DNA of 64,000 nt from a virus: the IMG/VR virus record IMGVR_UViG_3300032246_001368, positions 1-64,000 of that record, one strand, 5' to 3'. The translations under genes were made by a program, and so were the position numbers. This document shows, piece by piece, positions 57,768-64,000 of this stretch; the stretch's first letter is position 1, and each line of letters opens with the position of its first letter. Under the pieces are notes generated by a model. That model worked only from the letters and a program-made list of their open reading frames with translations, had not been told where the DNA came from and did not search any database.

Positions 57768-58213
57768 TGTTAGTACTTTTTAACAAAGATAAGCAATTTA
57801 TAGGATTTAGTCCGGATCTTCCACAAGAAGCTCTGGAAAATTTTTATACCAAAGAAGTACCAGAGTCACAAGCCGATTTTACTAAATGGAGGTGGGATGG
57901 GGATTATGAATCTGGGAGAATGGTATCGATAGTAGAGGATGGATATCCGATAGAAGAATTAGAGTTAGAAAGACAATTATTTGAAAAGATAGATCAAAAA
58001 TATCCATTGGGAGTACAGTTGGTTAATATTATCAGACAATTGAAATTACTATCTAATGAAGGAGAAGCCGATTATAGATTTACGGATATGGCAGACACAA
58101 TATTAGATGCAGTGGAAAAACATGATAGTAGAATTAAATATTATCAGTCGCGTAACAAACTTTTAAATAAAGAAGATGCACAACAACAATTTACAAACAC
58201 TTTCGGAAAATAA
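57767..58213 (+). CDS. hypothetical protein, possible tail-fibre assembly chaperone
   Basis: TAATG-coupled to the triplet; beta N-half (KWRWDGD) plus helical C-half (IDQKYP...Q), a layout reminiscent of Tfa-type chaperones. Confidence 0.5.
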   Translation: MLVLFNKDKQFIGFSPDLPQEALENFYTKEVPESQADFTKWRWDGDYESGRMVSIVEDGYPIEELELERQLFEKIDQKYPLGVQLVNIIRQLKLLSNEGEADYRFTDMADTILDAVEKHDSRIKYYQSRNKLLNKEDAQQQFTNTFGK

Positions 58214-58643
58214 AAACCCAAGCCTTAAATGTAGATATGCTAAAGGACTAGGAGATTTAGTGGCATGTATTTTACACGGGCCCCTTTCTTGGTTAACATT
58301 TGCTATCACCAAGAAAAGAATACCTTGTTCTAAATGCTCTTTAAGAGCAGAAGCCCTTAATACGTTAGTACCCATTCCTTTTTGGAAATTATTTTACGAT
58401 AGTATAGATGAGTTGTTAAAGGATTTATCACAGGAAATGGTTAGTGCTGGTTATAAAGTATCTTTAACAGAAGATGGAAAGGGTATTAGTTCATCTAAAT
58501 TCTCAGAGACTCTACCTCCTTTACAATCCTCACACATGCCTAATATACCTTCAAGTGATATAGAAGATTATAATCTCATCAGTAGCGGAGATAACATAAT
58601 GGGAGATTTTATTGTTAGAGTTCAAATTTTTAAACGTAAATAG
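58176..58643 (+). CDS. hypothetical CxxC protein with GLGD motif, 155 aa
   Basis: CRYAKGLGDLVAC..H...PCSKCSLRAEALN.LVP. Confidence 0.65.
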   Translation: MHNNNLQTLSENKNPSLKCRYAKGLGDLVACILHGPLSWLTFAITKKRIPCSKCSLRAEALNTLVPIPFWKLFYDSIDELLKDLSQEMVSAGYKVSLTEDGKGISSSKFSETLPPLQSSHMPNIPSSDIEDYNLISSGDNIMGDFIVRVQIFKRK

Positions 58644-58647
58644 TTCC

Positions 58648-59112
58648 ATGGATATTCAAGTCATAGCAGTAACCCCTATAGAGTGTTCTTTAGACACTAC
58701 AAGAGAATTCGGAATACTTCTCTCCAAAGCCATTTCAATCATTCATATGGTTCATTGGTATGCACCTAATTATGATGCGCATGTTATTTTAGGTGATTTG
58801 TATGAGACTCTTGATGGGTTATTTGACAAGCTTCAAGAAGAGATCATAGGAACATCCAAGCTTCAAAACCAACAATTTCCTTCTCTCGGTCCAGTTGTTC
58901 TAGACCTAGACTATATTAATCAATATAGATCAGAAGGTAATAATGTCATGGGCACATACACCAAGACATATCAAACAATTGTTAATATACTGTCCTCATT
59001 AGAATTTACTTCTTATGTTGATAATGTTCAGTCAGGCCTCAATAACACTAAGGAAGATATCCTTTCCTCGTTTAATAAGGCCAATTATCTGTTGTCTTTA
59101 GTTAAGATTTAA
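58648..59112 (+). CDS. phage Dps/ferritin-like four-helix protein (DUF5856-like)
   Basis: HMVHW....YDAHVILGDLYETLDGLFDKLQEEIIG and terminal NKANYLLSL; ATG 58648 preferred over 58612 (TAAATA 5 nt upstream). Confidence 0.75.
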   Translation: MDIQVIAVTPIECSLDTTREFGILLSKAISIIHMVHWYAPNYDAHVILGDLYETLDGLFDKLQEEIIGTSKLQNQQFPSLGPVVLDLDYINQYRSEGNNVMGTYTKTYQTIVNILSSLEFTSYVDNVQSGLNNTKEDILSSFNKANYLLSLVKI

Positions 59113-59118
59113 ACAGTT

Positions 59119-59215
59119 ACGAGATAGTCTCGTGCATCTACCTTAGATTGGAGAGATCTAATCTATAGATTTAAGATTTACCAACGAGCCTTCTCTAATA
59201 ATGAGAAGACTCGTT
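59119..59215. terminator. three tandem hairpins between convergent genes (probable bidirectional terminator or structured RNA)
   Basis: ACGAGA-TAG-TCTCGT 59119-33; TAGATTGGA-GAGA-TCTAATCTA 59144-65; AACGAGcCTTCTC-TAATAAT-GAGAAGaCTCGTT 59183-215. Confidence 0.55.
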
Positions 59216-59218
59216 AGA

Positions 59219-62200
59219 TCAACTAAATGTGACTGTCAATTCCACACCACCACAATACCCATAGATATCATATCCGGTTATTCTAAATGTTTCTTTAGGG
59301 CCTACAGTAATTGAGTAATTAATAGGACCAGCAGCACAAGTAGCGGTTTCTCCACCTGCTCTCAACCAGATATTCCCACCAGTATATTCTAATAAGGCAT
59401 CATCATCTGCACTACCAACTATTGTTACATTAGAGGTTCTATTAAAAGGATTAATGAAAACTTTACTTGCAATGAAATTATAAGGAGGTTGACATCCAGT
59501 GCCTGGGTATATACAACCATTATTTTGAATTAAATATTGAACCGCGGCGGGAGGTTCATTATCCAATATGCAATAATACCCTAATTTATCACCATCGGTC
59601 GTAGTCACTAATGTAGAATTACATATAGCGCCTGAACCCACACATTCACACCAGGTAGGGCTTGATGCATATCCATAATATTCTACAGTACTAGGATCAC
59701 TCGAAGTAGGAGTTGCACAGCCAGCGCAACCAGTTATAGATGTATCACCTGCTCCGCCCGGGCCGTCCGGTATAGATGGTACACACCCACCGTTGATATA
59801 ATACCAAGGATTATCACCTAATCCCTGACATGCAGATACAGACACTAATGTCGAATCTGCACATGGACCTGAAAGCTTATATAAATTAGTTTTATATAAA
59901 CCATAATCATTACCGAATATATCACTACTCCAATGATCTAATACACCTTTATTGATTAATAATTTTTCTATTCTCTTGAGATAAGAAGAAGATAATAATT
60001 CATTTCTAAAAGTAAGAGGATATTTTTCTGGTGAATTCCAAACGCCTGGATCAGCTGGGTTCCAGAATTGGAAATTATCAGCTTCGCCTTGTCTAAAGAG
60101 ACCGTGTATATTTTTACCCATTATTTCATATCTAGATTGATATGGTGTAAATTTTTGATTCTCTTGAGTGCCTATTATAACTCCAGCCTTGATACCAGCA
60201 CTATAAGGCTCCATAACCCATCGATTGTCTATATCGGTAATAGTTACCGGAGTTATCTGATCCTTTTTAGTAAGGCCTCTATTACGAGGTCCATACTTTT
60301 GTGTATCAAAGAATATTCTTTCTGCACTTAGAGAATCTATACTCTCTAATGTACCGCCATCTACTTCAATAGTATAACCTCTTCCTCTGTAAGAGGAGGC
60401 GCCTAATTTCTCTGGTAACATATACTCACCTAATTGTCTTTCAGAAACAGTCAATTGGGGATATGAAACAGTAGCTACTGTAGGGTAAAATTTATTATCT
60501 AAATTCGCATAAGGTTCTGAGGGTGAAATGATAGCACCAGTATTAAAGACTACGAAAGTCGAAGGACATCTTGAAACATAATATAAATTTTGTTGATAGT
60601 TAAATGCATTACGTGCAAAGTAATTGTAACGAGAAGGTCGGAATTGTGAGAAGCTTTCTAATAAAATATCACTATCCTCATCAGATCCATAACCAATAAG
60701 ATCTAAAGTTCCAGTTCTTAATATATCTGCTAGATTGGAATAATCCTTATAGAAAACCATTTTCTTCCAACGATTGGATGAAAGAGTTACTTCTAATGAA
60801 ACTGGTTGATTCCAATCAAGAGTCTTATAATCCTTTCTTGAATATTGAATAAAGTCACCATTTGTTAATACTAACGGTGAAATCTCTGGTTGATGGACCG
60901 GTACATAATCATCAAAGAATCTTACTTGTCCACCGAAAGATGAAGTCTCTTTATTGAATTCATTGTTAGTGTCAGGAGAATTATAAACTTTGCCCCAGAA
61001 AGGTTTAGCACCAAAGGAAGAACCTTCTGCAGAGGTTATAAAGGTATTGCTAGTATAATCCCAACCATCTAATTTAAAATTAGCCGTGAATGAAATTGCT
61101 GGTTGTGTGAAGCTAGAACTATTATTTGGTGATATATAACTAATACCGTCCCTGTGAACATATATCAAATAGTCTCCAGGATATATATTCATATCAGATA
61201 TATCATCAGTTGATACCCAATCACCATTAACACCTCTTACAGCTTTATACCAGGTTGCTGCAAAGTTACCACAACCTGCGATTCTTCGAGATATAAGTTG
61301 TGAGAATGTAGGTTCATCACCATCCCCAGAAGTAAGATATCTTTGAAGATTAAAATAGGTAGATGGAGATGAAGCCATCTCTTCCATCAAGGTATTGTTG
61401 ACAGACAATAAACCAATATCAACAGTATTAATTTCTACACCCTTATTGGTTAATATTTTAGCACGAGGAAGTGCTGCACCTATATTTTCATTTTCAGCTC
61501 CGTCACTGAATATAACAATTTTTTTATTACACCCTTCTTGTGGATTGTTTAAAATCTTAACTGCTTTGGACTGAGATATAATAGTAGTATTTAAATTTTT
61601 ACAAAGATCAAAGAAATTAAAATTGTTAACAGTAGCACTAGTAGGGATCTGATTGTAAAGAATAGAATCAGCTAATATTAAAGCGTTTTCTATATTCGTT
61701 CTAAAATTAGGATAACCACTATCGATTTGTATTTGACTTATATATAAATCAATAGTAGCCGGATCATTAGACAGATATGTTATAGTAGATGCTTCATTGT
61801 CAAAAGTAATAATAGATATCTGAGCAGACACACCGCCGGTGCTTAAAATAGCATCAGTAATATTCTTTAAAGAATTTTTAACACTTTGTAGATCTAAACT
61901 TTGTGATTTACTGATATCAATGATTAATACTACATCCATACACCCCGAGGCATTACAATTACCCTTTATTCTTTTATATGGATAATTGACAACAATATAA
62001 GGAGAAGCAATTTCTGTAGTCTTAGCCACATCTTTTCTTAAAGAAGAACGATAATAGGTATAACGTCTTCCAGTTTTAAAAACCATGCGTGAACCGTCTC
62101 CGGTTTTCCATTTACCCGGGCCCCATCCTATTTCCTTATCTCCGTCTCCTCCCGTCTGTAATTGATAGAAAGCAAACTGAGGACTATTGAATGGAGTATA

Positions 62201-64000
62201 TCCTCTAGTATCAGTCCAGCTGTTTATCGCAAAGTCAGCTCCTAAACCATCCGGATCAGCAAAAAGATAATCAGCAACTCCATTATAATCTAAAAGATTC
62301 TCTCCAGCATGCCCTATAGGAGAATACTTTAAAGAACGGCATGTACATGTCTTCCAAGCATCTAAAGAATTAATGGGTGTAGGATTTAAATAATCTTGAT
62401 TACTGTAATAATCATGAGGAAGGTTTTTACCATATGCACAATCAGCACTATGCTCATAGTATTTTATAACTTCATCTGCATAGGTATCTTCGTCCATCCA
62501 TATAAAGGATATCTTATCAGACGGATCAACCTTTATAGATAAAGCACCTTGTATAGGTCCATCAATAAACTGAGCACATTTAATAGCCGGTGTGGAGTAG
62601 ACCGGAATACTATTCGTAAATAAATCTAAATTGGTAATTGAACCTGAACCAAGCCAAGCCGCTTCTACCGGTTCTGACGTACGATTATTAAGTCTGTATA
62701 TAACATCTGAGGAATTGAAGTCAGTTCCTGCTATGGCACCTGGTACGGTATTGGAAGGATTAGTATAAGATAAACCTAACGGCAAACATTGATCCTTTTT
62801 GATAGTAATGGGTATATTATTAACTTCATCAAATACTTCTATAGGCCAATATATTTGATTAGATCCTTGAGCCAAAGGCAAATCAGTTCTATCAAATTTG
62901 AAAGCATATGCTTGTTCGGTTTCACCTAAGAGCGAATCACTGTATATAGATAATACACTATTACTACTCAGTCTCTTAGTAAGAACATCAGCTTCATCAG
63001 AAAATTTAGCAGCGAATGCTCCAGAGTCTATTAAATTAGTTTGGTTAATATATAAAGGCTTACTAGCAGAAATGGGCAATGATTGTGTATAATACTGTTC
63101 TAGGATGAGTCTTTGTATGCTTCCATCCAACGTATTGAATAGAGGAATATAACTTTGATCAAAAGTATAACCACCCCAACTTAAATTTTTTGAATTTAAA
63201 TTAAAACCCACATAAGGAAAGATAAACTCTTTTATTAAACCAGGCTTGAATGATATAGAAACATTAGCACTTGTATTTAAAAGATAAGTTCCTTTTAACC
63301 AGGCTCCCTCTATCGTACCATTTTTCTCTGTAAAGATTAAATCCGAATTAGAATACTCAGTCCCTGCCGTAGCACTACATGCTACAAAATTAGAATCGTT
63401 TATATAAATTGGAGAGAATATATCATTGAATAAAGTAGTATCAAATACTCTATCTCCGCTCGGCCACAAGAACCAATTATTACCAGGTTCCATTCCTATG
63501 TTTAATACTTGATCTGGTACATTATATTCACTTAAACGTACAGCAGTTAATCCATAAACAGTCTCCCCAAGATATTTTTGGGCAGCGGCTGTTTTATTAT
63601 AAACATCTTGAAAAGCCGTTGAAGATAATGAAGCAGTTGAAAGGGTGGGTATAGATGTCAAATATTGTTTAAATATTTGTGATAAAGGAGTCTCTGCTAC
63701 CTTAGGTAAAAATCTAGTAGCAAGTATTGCATTGATTTCCTCTTCTGTTAAAGGGTCTCCCTCATCCACAAAAGGTATTTCATTTTCTACATCTGATAGA
63801 CTAACATATTCATTTATATTAACTGAAGGATCGGAATCGTGATAAGAAGAAGGATCATATAATTCCTCAACCTCTATGAAGAAATTATCCTTTACTGATG
63901 TCAAATCAGGGAATACACTTTGAACCACCAATGCAGGTACCTGTACCGTAGAATCTTCTTTCTTCGTAAATCCCTTTAATACATATTCATAAAGGAGTCT
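59219..64000 (-). CDS. very large virion protein with vWA domain and Cys-rich C-terminus (5' end outside window)
   Basis: Frame stays open from 63931 to 64000 (RLLYEYVLKG...); vWA MIDAS DVVLIIDISKSQS, TNIENAL..A, IVIFSDG; 13 Cys in the last ~215 aa. Confidence 0.75.
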   Translation of the reverse strand, partial: RLLYEYVLKGFTKKEDSTVQVPALVVQSVFPDLTSVKDNFFIEVEELYDPSSYHDSDPSVNINEYVSLSDVENEIPFVDEGDPLTEEEINAILATRFLPKVAETPLSQIFKQYLTSIPTLSTASLSSTAFQDVYNKTAAAQKYLGETVYGLTAVRLSEYNVPDQVLNIGMEPGNNWFLWPSGDRVFDTTLFNDIFSPIYINDSNFVACSATAGTEYSNSDLIFTEKNGTIEGAWLKGTYLLNTSANVSISFKPGLIKEFIFPYVGFNLNSKNLSWGGYTFDQSYIPLFNTLDGSIQRLILEQYYTQSLPISASKPLYINQTNLIDSGAFAAKFSDEADVLTKRLSSNSVLSIYSDSLLGETEQAYAFKFDRTDLPLAQGSNQIYWPIEVFDEVNNIPITIKKDQCLPLGLSYTNPSNTVPGAIAGTDFNSSDVIYRLNNRTSEPVEAAWLGSGSITNLDLFTNSIPVYSTPAIKCAQFIDGPIQGALSIKVDPSDKISFIWMDEDTYADEVIKYYEHSADCAYGKNLPHDYYSNQDYLNPTPINSLDAWKTCTCRSLKYSPIGHAGENLLDYNGVADYLFADPDGLGADFAINSWTDTRGYTPFNSPQFAFYQLQTGGDGDKEIGWGPGKWKTGDGSRMVFKTGRRYTYYRSSLRKDVAKTTEIASPYIVVNYPYKRIKGNCNASGCMDVVLIIDISKSQSLDLQSVKNSLKNITDAILSTGGVSAQISIITFDNEASTITYLSNDPATIDLYISQIQIDSGYPNFRTNIENALILADSILYNQIPTSATVNNFNFFDLCKNLNTTIISQSKAVKILNNPQEGCNKKIVIFSDGAENENIGAALPRAKILTNKGVEINTVDIGLLSVNNTLMEEMASSPSTYFNLQRYLTSGDGDEPTFSQLISRRIAGCGNFAATWYKAVRGVNGDWVSTDDISDMNIYPGDYLIYVHRDGISYISPNNSSSFTQPAISFTANFKLDGWDYTSNTFITSAEGSSFGAKPFWGKVYNSPDTNNEFNKETSSFGGQVRFFDDYVPVHQPEISPLVLTNGDFIQYSRKDYKTLDWNQPVSLEVTLSSNRWKKMVFYKDYSNLADILRTGTLDLIGYGSDEDSDILLESFSQFRPSRYNYFARNAFNYQQNLYYVSRCPSTFVVFNTGAIISPSEPYANLDNKFYPTVATVSYPQLTVSERQLGEYMLPEKLGASSYRGRGYTIEVDGGTLESIDSLSAERIFFDTQKYGPRNRGLTKKDQITPVTITDIDNRWVMEPYSAGIKAGVIIGTQENQKFTPYQSRYEIMGKNIHGLFRQGEADNFQFWNPADPGVWNSPEKYPLTFRNELLSSSYLKRIEKLLINKGVLDHWSSDIFGNDYGLYKTNLYKLSGPCADSTLVSVSACQGLGDNPWYYINGGCVPSIPDGPGGAGDTSITGCAGCATPTSSDPSTVEYYGYASSPTWCECVGSGAICNSTLVTTTDGDKLGYYCILDNEPPAAVQYLIQNNGCIYPGTGCQPPYNFIASKVFINPFNRTSNVTIVGSADDDALLEYTGGNIWLRAGGETATCAAGPINYSITVGPKETFRITGYDIYGYCGGVELTVTFS

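Noticed and set aside
952-63842. Short antisense or alternate-frame ORFs in the track (e.g. 952..1143, 12163..12420, 33095..33298, 47776..48300, 49504..49800, 62898..63092)
   Set aside because: They lie within longer, motif-supported genes and read as shadows of biased or repetitive coding sequence
1-64000. Stop-codon reassignment as seen in some large phages
   Set aside because: Core genes are full length in the standard code, and TAA, TAG and TGA all end genes at expected positions
1-64000. tRNA, rRNA, integrase or transposase genes
   Set aside because: Intergenic gaps are mostly under 110 nt and none shows a cloverleaf with a T-loop consensus; no recombinase or transposase motifs recognised

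Overview
A 64-kb, AT-rich segment of a large T4-like (myovirus-type) phage genome, read with the standard genetic code; both end genes are truncated. It carries recognisable T4-superfamily core genes (portal gp20, protease gp21, scaffold gp22, major capsid gp23, gp4, gp13, gp15, gp25, gp6, primase gp61, clamp loader gp44, probable gp62 and gp16, GroES-like co-chaperonin) in a strongly rearranged order. Two blocks of very large tail-fibre/baseplate proteins occupy 1-9.8 kb and 35-64 kb, and there are four free-standing endonucleases. Main leads: (1) a QueC + glycosyltransferase + class II glutamine amidotransferase + DUF366 cluster suggesting an uncharacterised 7-deazaguanine-type modification pathway; (2) three paralogous virion proteins, two with Cys-rich inserts, followed by a CxxC protein and a Dps/ferritin-like gene; (3) late (TAARTA) and sigma70-type promoters sitting almost on the start codons, implying leaderless mRNAs, while two long leaders (capsid and a tail fibre) share an identically placed hairpin; (4) a set of orphans with T4-like capsid-targeting N-termini. 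All family calls come from motif recognition by eye; no database search was run.
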